A stretch of DNA of 64,000 bases from Phycisphaerae bacterium. GTDB taxonomy: Bacteria; Planctomycetota; Phycisphaerae; UBA1845; Fen-1342. Positions 25,834 through 34,922 of this stretch are shown here, piece after piece. The notes under the pieces are model-generated. The model saw only the letters and a program-made list of their open reading frames with translations, was not told the DNA's origin and searched no databases. The first letter of the stretch is position 1. Each line of letters starts with the position of its first letter. The DNA is taken from assembly GCA_963675745.2 (NCBI GenBank), contig CAXXWX010000001.1, positions 128,001 through 192,000 of the forward strand. Reading direction: 5' to 3'. A program made the position numbers and the translations under genes.

Positions 25834-27639
25834 GTGGATAACACGTATTACCAGGACGAGTTGCGATACTTGCGCGAGGTGGGGCCGGAGTTCGCGCGTT
25901 CGAATCCGGAGATGGCGCGCTACCTGGCTGACGCCGGCTCAGACCCAGATGTCGAACGTCTCCTGGAGGGTGTTGCGTTTCTCTGCGGTCGCATCCGCCA
26001 GAAGCTTGATGATGAGCTTCCCGAGTTCACCGCGAGTCTCATGTCGCTGCTGTGGCCGCACTATCTGCGTCCCATTCCGTCGATGACGATTCTTGAATTG
26101 CTGCCTGAAGTTGAAGGCATGCAGGCGCCGATGGCCGTCAACGCCGGCGCCGAATTCGCCAGCCGGCCAATCGACGGAACGCGCTGTCGCTATCGTTCAA
26201 CCTGGCCGGTGACACTGCGCCCCTGGGTACTGGGTAACGCGGAACTGGAGACGCTTCCGGCCGAACCCGCCCGCCTGAAACTGACCTTCCGGGCCGCCGC
26301 GAAATCGAAGCTCGAAGATCTCGAGCTCGGCTCCGTACGGCTGCACCTGGCGGGTGATCCACCAACGGCGTTCGCGCTGTACCTGCTGCTTGCCGCGCAC
26401 GTGGCATCGGTAACCATCAGCGACGGATCAAGCCGTGCCAAGCGACCCGAAGTACATTTGCCCGCGACGGCGGTAAAGGCCGCGGGGCTCGACCGCGAGG
26501 CCCCCCTGCTGCCATATCCGCCCTACGTGTTTCCCGGCTACTACCTGATCCAGGAATACTTCACGCTGAACGAGCGTTTTCTGTTCATCGACGTCGATGG
26601 GCTGGACCGCGCTGTCGATCAATTGGAGTTGAGCGACACGGTCGAGGTGACCTTCACGTTCAATCGCCGGCTCGAGTCGTATCCGCTCGTGTCACCCGAG
26701 AACATTCGGCTGCACTGCGTACCGGTCATCAATCTCTTCCCGCACAACGCGGAGCCGATTCGGCTGGACCATGAGCGCGTGCGGTATATGGTCCAGCCCG
26801 CGCGGGCTGGCATCGCCGACCGGCGACACGCGGAGGTCTATTCGGTTGATCGGGTGCTGGGCCTGGTGCGCTCTCAAGGTCTGGAATCGCACGAATTCCA
26901 GCCGTTTTATTCGTTCTCGCACGTCGGCTCGGCTGATCCGCGCGACGCCACGTACTATCAGTGCCACATCACGCCGAGCGTGATCGGCAAGGACGCGCGC
27001 TGGGGCACCGACACGTTTCTCTCGTTTGTGGTGGGAGATGAGCCGGGGGCGCTGCCCGCGGAAGAGACGATCTCGGTCGAGCTCACGTGTACGAATCGTG
27101 ACCTACCGCGTGAGTTGCGCGCCGGCGACATTTGCGAGCCGACCGACCGCTCGCCGGCCGGCGCCCGCTTTCGCAACCTGCTCAAGCCCACCCCGACGGT
27201 CAGCCCGCCGCTGGGACAGGGGCTGCACTGGCGACTGATTTCACACATGTCGCTCAACTATGTATCACTGAGCAACATCAAACACTTCAAGGAACTGCTG
27301 CGCGTTTACGATTTTGAAGCGGCACTTGATGCCCAACGCGCCGTGGCCCACCAACGCAGGCTCGATGGGATCCGCGCGTTGGACGCGGTCTATCGCGAGC
27401 GCATGGTGCGCGGCGCGCCGGTGCGCGGGCTGCTGGTCAACCTGGAATTGGACGAGGACCACTACGCCGGCGAAGGCGACGCTTTTCTGTTCGCGGCGAT
27501 TCTGGATCGTTTCATCGCGGCTTACGTAACGATCAATGCGTTTACGCAATTGGAGGTGCGTTTCACCCAGACCGGACAGATACACACGTTTCCGCCTCGC
27601 TGGGGCGAGCAATTCACGCCGATGGATGAGCGCCCATGA
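25834..27639 (+). CDS. tssF: T6SS baseplate subunit TssF
   Basis: YYQDELRYLRE, DPDVERLLEGVAFL, WPHYLRPIPSM, LHCVPVINLF, WRLISHMSLNY. Confidence 0.96.
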   Translation: MDNTYYQDELRYLREVGPEFARSNPEMARYLADAGSDPDVERLLEGVAFLCGRIRQKLDDELPEFTASLMSLLWPHYLRPIPSMTILELLPEVEGMQAPMAVNAGAEFASRPIDGTRCRYRSTWPVTLRPWVLGNAELETLPAEPARLKLTFRAAAKSKLEDLELGSVRLHLAGDPPTAFALYLLLAAHVASVTISDGSSRAKRPEVHLPATAVKAAGLDREAPLLPYPPYVFPGYYLIQEYFTLNERFLFIDVDGLDRAVDQLELSDTVEVTFTFNRRLESYPLVSPENIRLHCVPVINLFPHNAEPIRLDHERVRYMVQPARAGIADRRHAEVYSVDRVLGLVRSQGLESHEFQPFYSFSHVGSADPRDATYYQCHITPSVIGKDARWGTDTFLSFVVGDEPGALPAEETISVELTCTNRDLPRELRAGDICEPTDRSPAGARFRNLLKPTPTVSPPLGQGLHWRLISHMSLNYVSLSNIKHFKELLRVYDFEAALDAQRAVAHQRRLDGIRALDAVYRERMVRGAPVRGLLVNLELDEDHYAGEGDAFLFAAILDRFIAAYVTINAFTQLEVRFTQTGQIHTFPPRWGEQFTPMDERP

Positions 27640-28814
27640 CCGCCGCCGACACAGCCCCTACGCATCAAACCGCCGAGCACGCGCGCCGGCCGGATTTGCT
27701 TGAGCGGCTGCTAAGCACGGCGTACCGGTTCGATTTCTTCCAGGCCGTCTGGCTGCTGGAACGCTATCGTCCGGGCAGCGTGCCTGTCGGTCGCCGCGGG
27801 CCGGTCGCCGCGGAACGGCTGCGCTTCCGCCCGGGGCTGTCGATGGGTTTCCCGCCGACCGATGTCGGCAGCCTGACGGAGTTCCAGGATCCTTCGCGCC
27901 GCGATCCAAACTACCTCATCGAAGTGCTCTTCATGGGCCTGTACGGGGTTTCCACGCCGCTGCCGCTGCACTACGCCACCGACTTTCTGCGGTCCGTCGA
28001 ACGCGGCGTGCCTTCGGCGGCGGATACCGCGGACGAAGGTGGGCCGGCGCAGCGTCACGAGCGGCCGCCAAACGGCAGCCCGACGCGCGACTTCGTCGAC
28101 GTCTTTCATCATCGCGTTGTCTCACTCTTCTACCGGAGTTGGCTGAAGTATCGCTATGAGCGGATGTTCGGCCAGCCGGACCGCGATGTGATTACCAGCT
28201 ACCTGTTGAGCCTGATTGGCTGCCCGGCGGCATATGACGCGCCGACCCTGGGAGTTAATCCGATCTACCTGCTGCGCTACGCAGGCGTGTTGACGCAAAA
28301 ACCCCGCTCGGCGATCACACTCCAGGGCGTGTTGCACGACTATCTCGACCTCACGCCGGTCAAGGTCCGGCAATTCGTCGGCCAATGGGTCACGCTGTCG
28401 GAGTCGGATCTCAACCGCATTGGAGAGGCCAACTGTGTGCTCGGCGGCAACTTGACCGTCGGCGAACAGGTTTACGATCTCGGCGGCGCGTTCTGTATCA
28501 CGATTGGTCCGGTCAATTGGCAGACCTACGTGGGATTCGTGCCCGGCGGCCGGCTGTTTTCGCAAATCCGGGCGCTTACCAAGCTCTACTGCTGTGATCC
28601 ACTCACATTCAATATTGAGGTACGTTTGCTACCGAACGAGGTGCCGGAAACGCAGCTCACCTCGGACGCCACGTCCGGGCGCCTGGGCCTGACGAGTTGG
28701 GTGCGGACCGGACCTATGGGTGAGACGGCTGAGACATTCGACGCACGCGCGGACGCATCAGCGGCACCAGGGGTGTTTGTCGCCCCACCCGCAACCGCCA
28801 AGGCCGTCGCATAA
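27636..28814 (+). CDS. tssG: T6SS baseplate subunit TssG
   Basis: FDFFQAVWLLE, FMGLYGVSTPLPLHY, DVFHHRVVSLFYRSWLKY, RLGLTSW; ATGA overlap with tssF. Confidence 0.95.
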   Translation: MTAADTAPTHQTAEHARRPDLLERLLSTAYRFDFFQAVWLLERYRPGSVPVGRRGPVAAERLRFRPGLSMGFPPTDVGSLTEFQDPSRRDPNYLIEVLFMGLYGVSTPLPLHYATDFLRSVERGVPSAADTADEGGPAQRHERPPNGSPTRDFVDVFHHRVVSLFYRSWLKYRYERMFGQPDRDVITSYLLSLIGCPAAYDAPTLGVNPIYLLRYAGVLTQKPRSAITLQGVLHDYLDLTPVKVRQFVGQWVTLSESDLNRIGEANCVLGGNLTVGEQVYDLGGAFCITIGPVNWQTYVGFVPGGRLFSQIRALTKLYCCDPLTFNIEVRLLPNEVPETQLTSDATSGRLGLTSWVRTGPMGETAETFDARADASAAPGVFVAPPATAKAVA

Positions 28815-28874
28815 AGTAATGGTCGTTGAGCAATCACAGAGGGCCGCCACCGGCGGCGAAACCAAAGCGAGCGA

Positions 28875-31646
28875 GTGAAAGACATGAACGACAGCACGAC
28901 CGGCTCCACCAGCGAGAGTTTGCGCGAGTTGCTGAGGCGCTGCGACAACGCCTGCATCCAGGCGTTTCAGGGCGCCGCCAGCGTCTGCCAGACGCGCGCT
29001 CACTACGAGGTAACCCCCGACCATCTCATGCTGCGCCTGTTGGACGAGACGGTCGGCGATGTCACCGCGATCTTCAACACATTCAAGGTGGACCGCACAA
29101 GGTTGCGCCGCGCCGTGCAGCGGGCACTGGAAGTGCTGCCGACCGGCCATCGCGGGAGACCCGCGCTTTCGCCCAAACTCGTCGAGCTTTTCCAGTCGGC
29201 GGGCGTTATGTCGGACGAGTTCGGCTTTGACCAGATCCGCAGCGGGGCTCTCATACTCGCGTTTGCCCTCAATCCTGAGCATCTGGCGGCTGCGGAGCAC
29301 ACGCCCGAGCTCGAGCGCATTGACGTCGATCAGTTGCGCGATCACTTTCACGAGATTCTGACGGGAGCGCCGGCCGAGGCGCCCGGCCCCGAAGGCCGTC
29401 CGCGCGGCGCCGGAATGGGTGCCGGCGACGGCGCGCTCGCCCAGTTCACGGTCGATCTGACGGCCCGCGCCGCCGCCGGTGAGATCGACCCGGTGTTCGG
29501 CCGTGACCAGGAAATCCGCCAGATGATCGACATTCTCGGGCGCCGGCGGAAGAACAACCCGATTATCGTCGGCGAGCCCGGCACCGGAAAGACCGCGATC
29601 GTCGAGGGGCTGGCCCTGCGCATGCACCAGGGCGACGTGCCCCCCTTCCTGAAGGGCGTGCGGCTGATCTGCCTCGACCTCGGACTGCTGCAAGCCGGGG
29701 CCGGCGTCAAGGGCGAGTTTGAAAACCGCCTGAAGAACGTCATCCGCGAAATCAAAGAGAGCGAGCAGCCCATCGTCACGTTCATCGATGAAGCCCACAT
29801 GATGATCGGCGCCGGCGGGGGCGGCGGCGGTGACGCGTCAAACCTGCTCAAGCCGGCGCTGGCACGCGGCGAGCTGCGCACCATCGCGGCCACAACGTGG
29901 GCCGAGTACAAGAAATACTTCGAGAAGGATGCCGCCCTCGAACGCCGTTTCCAACTCGTACGCTGCAACGAGCCGACGATCGAAAACTCCATCGTCATGC
30001 TCCGCGGGCTGAAAGACAAGTACGAGAAACACCACAAGACCATCCTGCTGGACGAGGCGGTCACCGCGGCCGTTGCGCTTGCCAAACGCTACATCAGCGG
30101 GCGGTTCCTGCCGGATAAGGCGGTTGACCTGCTGGACACGGCGGCGGCCCGCGTCTCGGTGGGCCTGAGCACGACGCCGGCAGCGCTCGAGGACGTCGGG
30201 CGCCGGCTTCACAGCCTGGCCACCGCCATCGCCGCGCTCAATCGCGACGAGGCGGCCGGCGTCGAGATCGACAAGGACACACTCCAGGAGATGGAGACCG
30301 AGCGCACCAATCTCCTCGCCGAAAGCGAGCGGCTCGACGCCCAGTGGAGAGCCGAGCTGGAGCTGGTCAACGAAATCCGCGATCTGCGCAACAAGCTCAT
30401 GGCAAAGACCGGCGTAGGAATCGCCGGGGACGAAGAGGCCAAGGCTGAAGAGCCGGCCGAGAAACCCGCGGAAGCCGGCGAGACCGAAGCCGCCGAGGCC
30501 CCCGCACCAGCGGAGGCCGAGGCCGAGGCCGAGCCCGAAGATGCGCTCGACGAGGGCGAGTTGCGCCGCAAGATCGACGAGGGTATGGCCAAGCTCCAGG
30601 AGTTGCAGGGCGAAGATCCACTCCTGTACGCCCAGGTCGACGAGGGGGCGGTTGCGGCCGTGCTCGCCGATTGGACCGGCGTACCGGTGGGCAAGCTGGT
30701 TCGCGATGAGATTGCCGCCACGCTCGAAATGGAGGAACGTCTGCGCAGCAGAGTCGTCGGACAGGATCACGCGTTGAAGGTCGTGGCCGAAAAGCTGCGG
30801 GCCGCCAAGGCCAGCATCGGCAACCCCGAGCAACCCATGGGCGTATTCCTGCTGGTCGGGCCCAGCGGTACCGGCAAGACCGAATTGGCCCTGGCCGTGG
30901 CCGATCTGCTGTTCGGCGGCGAGCGTTTTCTCACCAGCATCAACATGTCGGAGTTCATGGAGAAACACACCGTATCGCAACTGAAGGGCTCACCGCCGGG
31001 CTATGTCGGCTATGGCGAGGGTGGCGTGCTGACCGAAGCGGTACGTCAGAGCCCCTACTCGGTCGTGCTGCTCGACGAGGTCGAGAAAGCCCACCCCGAT
31101 GTCATGAACCTTTTCTACCAGGTCTTCGACAAGGGACAGCTCGCCGACGGCGAGGGCCGTGTGATCGACTTCAAGAACACCGTCATCTTCCTGACGAGCA
31201 ATCTCGGCACCGATGTCATCCAGCAGATGTGTGAGTCCGGCGAAGACATCGATATTGCCGAGCTGAAGGAATCGGTTTACCCCCACCTGCGCGAGCACTT
31301 CAAACCCGCGCTGGTGGCGCGCATGACGGTCATTCCGTATTTGACGCTGCCGGCCGAGATCCTCGAGATGATCGCCAAGATCAAGCTGCGCAAGGTCGGC
31401 AAACGCCTGGCCGAGGCGCACGGGATAAGTTTCAACGTGGATGACGCGGTCTATACAACCATGGCCGGTCGCTGTGGTCAGGTTGATCTCGGTGCGCGGC
31501 AGATCGACCACCAGATTGACGGCGCCGTGCTGCCGGTGTTGTCACGCCGGCTGCTGGAGCAGATGGCGACCGAAGAAATGCCCACAAAGCTGACGATGGG
31601 TGTGGGTGAGGACGGCGAGTACGTGTACACGTTCGCGCAGGCGTAG
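28875..31646 (+). CDS. tssH: T6SS AAA+ ATPase ClpV (TssH)
   Basis: RAHYEVTPDH N-domain, Walker A motifs GEPGTGKT and GPSGTGKT, LLQAGAGVKGEFENRLK, LKGSPPGYVGYGEGGVLTEAVR. Confidence 0.96.
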   Translation: MKDMNDSTTGSTSESLRELLRRCDNACIQAFQGAASVCQTRAHYEVTPDHLMLRLLDETVGDVTAIFNTFKVDRTRLRRAVQRALEVLPTGHRGRPALSPKLVELFQSAGVMSDEFGFDQIRSGALILAFALNPEHLAAAEHTPELERIDVDQLRDHFHEILTGAPAEAPGPEGRPRGAGMGAGDGALAQFTVDLTARAAAGEIDPVFGRDQEIRQMIDILGRRRKNNPIIVGEPGTGKTAIVEGLALRMHQGDVPPFLKGVRLICLDLGLLQAGAGVKGEFENRLKNVIREIKESEQPIVTFIDEAHMMIGAGGGGGGDASNLLKPALARGELRTIAATTWAEYKKYFEKDAALERRFQLVRCNEPTIENSIVMLRGLKDKYEKHHKTILLDEAVTAAVALAKRYISGRFLPDKAVDLLDTAAARVSVGLSTTPAALEDVGRRLHSLATAIAALNRDEAAGVEIDKDTLQEMETERTNLLAESERLDAQWRAELELVNEIRDLRNKLMAKTGVGIAGDEEAKAEEPAEKPAEAGETEAAEAPAPAEAEAEAEPEDALDEGELRRKIDEGMAKLQELQGEDPLLYAQVDEGAVAAVLADWTGVPVGKLVRDEIAATLEMEERLRSRVVGQDHALKVVAEKLRAAKASIGNPEQPMGVFLLVGPSGTGKTELALAVADLLFGGERFLTSINMSEFMEKHTVSQLKGSPPGYVGYGEGGVLTEAVRQSPYSVVLLDEVEKAHPDVMNLFYQVFDKGQLADGEGRVIDFKNTVIFLTSNLGTDVIQQMCESGEDIDIAELKESVYPHLREHFKPALVARMTVIPYLTLPAEILEMIAKIKLRKVGKRLAEAHGISFNVDDAVYTTMAGRCGQVDLGARQIDHQIDGAVLPVLSRRLLEQMATEEMPTKLTMGVGEDGEYVYTFAQA

Positions 31647-31708
31647 GAAAAGGGTGTTAATCAGTTGGCCGGGCGCGTTGCGAGAAGGTTTTCGAAAGGA
31701 GTCACGAC

Positions 31709-31999
31709 ATGAATTCGATCGTCGAAGAAGAACTGCGGATGTACCTGGTGAATCGCCTGCACTACGACCCCTATCAGTGCGGGACGATCCTCGAGGTTAT
31801 GCGCGCGCTGGCGCGGATGGCTGGTCATGATTTTGACCACCGCTTTCGGCACGCCGGACTCGGCGCCGGCCCGGAGGCGCGCGTCGCCGCCGGACTGGTT
31901 GACTTGGCTATGGGCGGCGGTGGCTGCGAGACGTCGCCGTACACGATTCGCAAGCACATTGACGACTGGCTGCTCAAGAACCCGGCCAAGGGCCGCTAG
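31709..31999 (+). CDS. Small hypothetical protein inside the T6SS operon
   Basis: Strong AAAGGAG RBS; 96 aa; co-oriented between clpV and the sheath fusion gene. Confidence 0.7.
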   Translation: MNSIVEEELRMYLVNRLHYDPYQCGTILEVMRALARMAGHDFDHRFRHAGLGAGPEARVAAGLVDLAMGGGGCETSPYTIRKHIDDWLLKNPAKGR

Positions 32000-32155
32000 G
32001 GCGGTTTTCGGCGCGTGCAGCCCATCGCGGTTTGCGCCTCTCTCTGGTTCGTTCGTGCTTTCGAACGAACCATGCGGCGTGGGCGTGCCCGCGTGTAGCT
32101 TGGCCGGTATCGCGAACCGCACCGCAAGCAGGCTCTGCCTGGCTGCGGTGCAAGA

Positions 32156-33976
32156 ATGGAGAACAGCATGACTGATCAACCGAATCCGCCGGATCTGGAA
32201 GTCAACCTGCCATCGCCGGACAGTCTGAAGGTGACAACTGAGCGTCCGTACCGCATCCTGCTGGTGAGCAATCTGGCGGGTTCGGAGAGCGGCGCGTTGA
32301 CCGGACCGCTGAACGAGGCGGTTGTCGAGGTCAACGCCGAGAACTTCGACGAAGTGCTATCCGCGGCCAGCCCGACCGTAAACTTCAAGACGACCGACCC
32401 GCTGGCCAGCGGCAACGTGATGGTCGAGGTTGAGCTCAATTTCACGTCGTTGAAGGACTTCAATCCCGAACCGCTGGTGCAACAGATACCGCCGGCCAAG
32501 ACGCTGATGGGAATCCGCGACCTGGTCGTGCAGCGCATGCGCGGCAAGCAATCCGCCGAGCAGTTGGACAGCGCGGTCAAGCAGGCGGTGGCGGCCGACA
32601 GCAACCTCGCCTGGTTGCCGGAGACGCTGAAATGGGCGCCGACGGCCGAACCGGTATCAGAAGGCGCGGTGGATGACCTCCTGGGTCAGCTCGACCTGGG
32701 TGATGGCGCCGGCGACGAATCGCCGCCGCCCAAAACCCCCATTGGCAAGATGGTCGCAGCCGCGGCGGGTGGCGGCTCGGCGATTCCGGCTGGCGAGGGT
32801 TCGTCGCTGCGCCGCACGCTGGCCGAGATTGATCGGCGTATCAGTACGTGGCTTACGACGGTGCTGCACGCCGCGCCTGTGCGGCAGCTTGAAGCCGCCT
32901 GGCGCAGTCTGGCACATATGGTCTCGCGTTTCGAGTTTCGCAAGGGCGTCAGACTCGCCGTGCTCCACTCGTCGCGTGAGCAGTTGACCGAGCGGTTCTC
33001 GTCGCTGGTGATCGACCCCGTGTTTGATGAAGGCGCCGAGGCACCCGGCACCATCCTGGTTGACGATCTGTTCACCAACGCCGCCCCCGACGTGGAAATC
33101 CTCGACGAACTCGCGCAACACGCCGCCAGTCTGCCGGCTGTCGTGCTGTCGGGCGTCTCACACGAGTTCTTCGGCGTGAAGCACGCATGGCAGGTTCCGA
33201 CGCTGCCCGCATTCGTCAACATGTTTGACCAGTGGCAGTTCGCCAAATGGAAGACGCTGCGCCAACAGCCCTACTCGCGGGCCCTCGGCGTGATCTTCGG
33301 ACGCGGCCTGCTGCGGGCGCCCCACGGCGGCGAGAAAAAGCAGGACACCGATTTCGTCTACCGCGAGGAATGCGTCGGGGAGAAGGACTTCTTGTGGGCC
33401 GGCGGTGTAATCGCCGCCGGATGCACGATTGCGCGCAGCTTCGCCACGATTGGCTGGCCGACCGAAATGGTGGGCCGGCTGGAGGGCTTCGCGATCGGAC
33501 AGGGTGGCAAGAAGGGTGACAAGCAGTTTGGCCCCGCTGACACCACGCTCTCGATGGACAAGGCCCAGGAGATGGCCATCGCCGGGTTAAATGCCGTCAT
33601 CACCGAAAAGGGCCACGACAGCGTCATTGTCTGCAACGGCTTCAGCACAGCCGCCCCGACGCGTGCCGAGGGCTTTGGCCTGCTGGAGGTGAGCCTGCCG
33701 TATCAGCTCTTCGCCGCCCGGCTTTCGTACCTGCTATTCGAGCTCAAGCCGCACCTGGCCGGCATGGGCCCCGACAAGCTGGTGCCGTTCGTGCTCGGGC
33801 ATGTACGCTCGTGGCTGACCATCGATGAGATGCCGCCCGACGAGCAGCAGGTTTCAGTTCAGGCCAGGCCGGTCGAGGACGCCCCCGGCGTGCTCCAGCT
33901 TGCGGTAACGGTAACCGCCCCGCAGCGCATCCTGCCCGGCGGCATCCCGATCGTGCTGGGCTACCGCCTGACGTAG
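32156..33976 (+). CDS. TssB-TssC fusion protein (second, single-chain sheath-like subunit)
   Basis: N-terminal TssB motifs RPYRILLVSNL, VNAENFDEVL, FTSLKDFNPEPLVQQIP; then TssC motifs EIDRRISTWLTTVLHAAPVRQLEAAWRSL, LLRAPHG, FLWAGG, SLPYQLFAARL. Start may be ATG 32168. Confidence 0.85.
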   Translation: MENSMTDQPNPPDLEVNLPSPDSLKVTTERPYRILLVSNLAGSESGALTGPLNEAVVEVNAENFDEVLSAASPTVNFKTTDPLASGNVMVEVELNFTSLKDFNPEPLVQQIPPAKTLMGIRDLVVQRMRGKQSAEQLDSAVKQAVAADSNLAWLPETLKWAPTAEPVSEGAVDDLLGQLDLGDGAGDESPPPKTPIGKMVAAAAGGGSAIPAGEGSSLRRTLAEIDRRISTWLTTVLHAAPVRQLEAAWRSLAHMVSRFEFRKGVRLAVLHSSREQLTERFSSLVIDPVFDEGAEAPGTILVDDLFTNAAPDVEILDELAQHAASLPAVVLSGVSHEFFGVKHAWQVPTLPAFVNMFDQWQFAKWKTLRQQPYSRALGVIFGRGLLRAPHGGEKKQDTDFVYREECVGEKDFLWAGGVIAAGCTIARSFATIGWPTEMVGRLEGFAIGQGGKKGDKQFGPADTTLSMDKAQEMAIAGLNAVITEKGHDSVIVCNGFSTAAPTRAEGFGLLEVSLPYQLFAARLSYLLFELKPHLAGMGPDKLVPFVLGHVRSWLTIDEMPPDEQQVSVQARPVEDAPGVLQLAVTVTAPQRILPGGIPIVLGYRLT

Positions 33977-34011
33977 CGCCGAGCCGACGAAATAGAAAAC
34001 CGACACTCAAT

Positions 34012-34054
34012 CCGAAGCACGCGCGCTCAACAAGTCCGCGTGCTTCGGCTTTTT
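34012..34054 (+). terminator. Rho-independent terminator closing the T6SS operon
   Basis: Perfect 12-bp stem CCGAAGCACGCG/CGCGTGCTTCGG, 13-nt loop, followed by CTTTTT. Confidence 0.8.
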
Positions 34055-34109
34055 GTAGTGTAGTGGGCTTTCAAACGACGGCCGCCCACAGCGGCGTGGC
34101 CTGAGGGCT

Positions 34110-34529
34110 TCAGGTTTCCTCGACGATGATGATGTTGTCGGGCAGGAATTCGAGGGCGGGCTTGAGTTCGTCCCAGGTCAGCCCGTCGGGTGAGCAGCCC
34201 GGGCGCGGCAGGAGGGTCTGCGCGTCGCCGACGAGCTCGAGCAACTCGCGGGCGCTGCGTTCGATGATCTGCACGGTGGGTTTTGACCACTGGAATTGCT
34301 TGACCGGAAAGGCGAGCAGGTCCGGACGTACCTGGTGAACGTGCGTGCCGCGTGCGGTTAGCATGCGTCCGAGGTCGGCAGCCAGACCGGCGAAGCGTTT
34401 AGCCGCCTCCGTCGCCGAGCGCGTTTCCAGAATCGCCTCTCCGTCACCCGATACGGCACCGCTGGTTATGATGCAGCGTTGCGCCGCGCGCTCGAGCCAC
34501 AGGTTGCACTTCTTTTCGACCATGGTCAT
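34110..34529 (-). CDS. Macrodomain protein (DarG/TARG1-like), divergent
   Basis: NLW...CIITSG.V, EAAKRF..L, LLAFPVK..W, LLPRPGCSPDGLTWDELKP match the macro pattern FP(T/V)K..W and P..GCG.GGL.W. Confidence 0.65.
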   Translation of the reverse strand: MTMVEKKCNLWLERAAQRCIITSGAVSGDGEAILETRSATEAAKRFAGLAADLGRMLTARGTHVHQVRPDLLAFPVKQFQWSKPTVQIIERSARELLELVGDAQTLLPRPGCSPDGLTWDELKPALEFLPDNIIIVEET

Positions 34530-34922
34530 GCCTGCACCTAAAGAGCGCCGCCACCAGACCGCCAGGGGCGCCGCACTTTATCAGACGAATCTTACGGAAA
34601 GACCGCCGGAACTTAAAGACCTCACGGAGCAAAACTTGCGCGGTTCGACGCCGCGCACGACAGTCCCGCAAGACTGCCCTGCTATCACTTGAATCGGCAG
34701 GCGAGGGTGACGGGCTTGAGCCCCGCCGCCGCCGTTCGGCGTGAGCAGCGCGCCTTCCGCCGCAGTACCATCGGGCCCATGAGACGGGCGGCGGGTCTTG
34801 ACATGGGCTCGTGGCCGGGTTCAATCACATCGCAAAGCCAGCGGACCGCGCGTCGGTCAGGCGGCAGGTGGCCCCGCACCGCCGCGCTGTGCCCGCCACG
34901 CTTTGCGGGAAGGCAACTCGTC

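Noticed and set aside
30420..30545. Glu/Ala/Pro-rich insertion in ClpV as a separate domain
   Set aside because: Low-complexity linker in the variable middle region with no motif
34638..34656. tRNA-like T-arm GCGCGG-TTCGACG-CCGCGC
   Set aside because: No acceptor stem, D-arm or anticodon arm can be built around it
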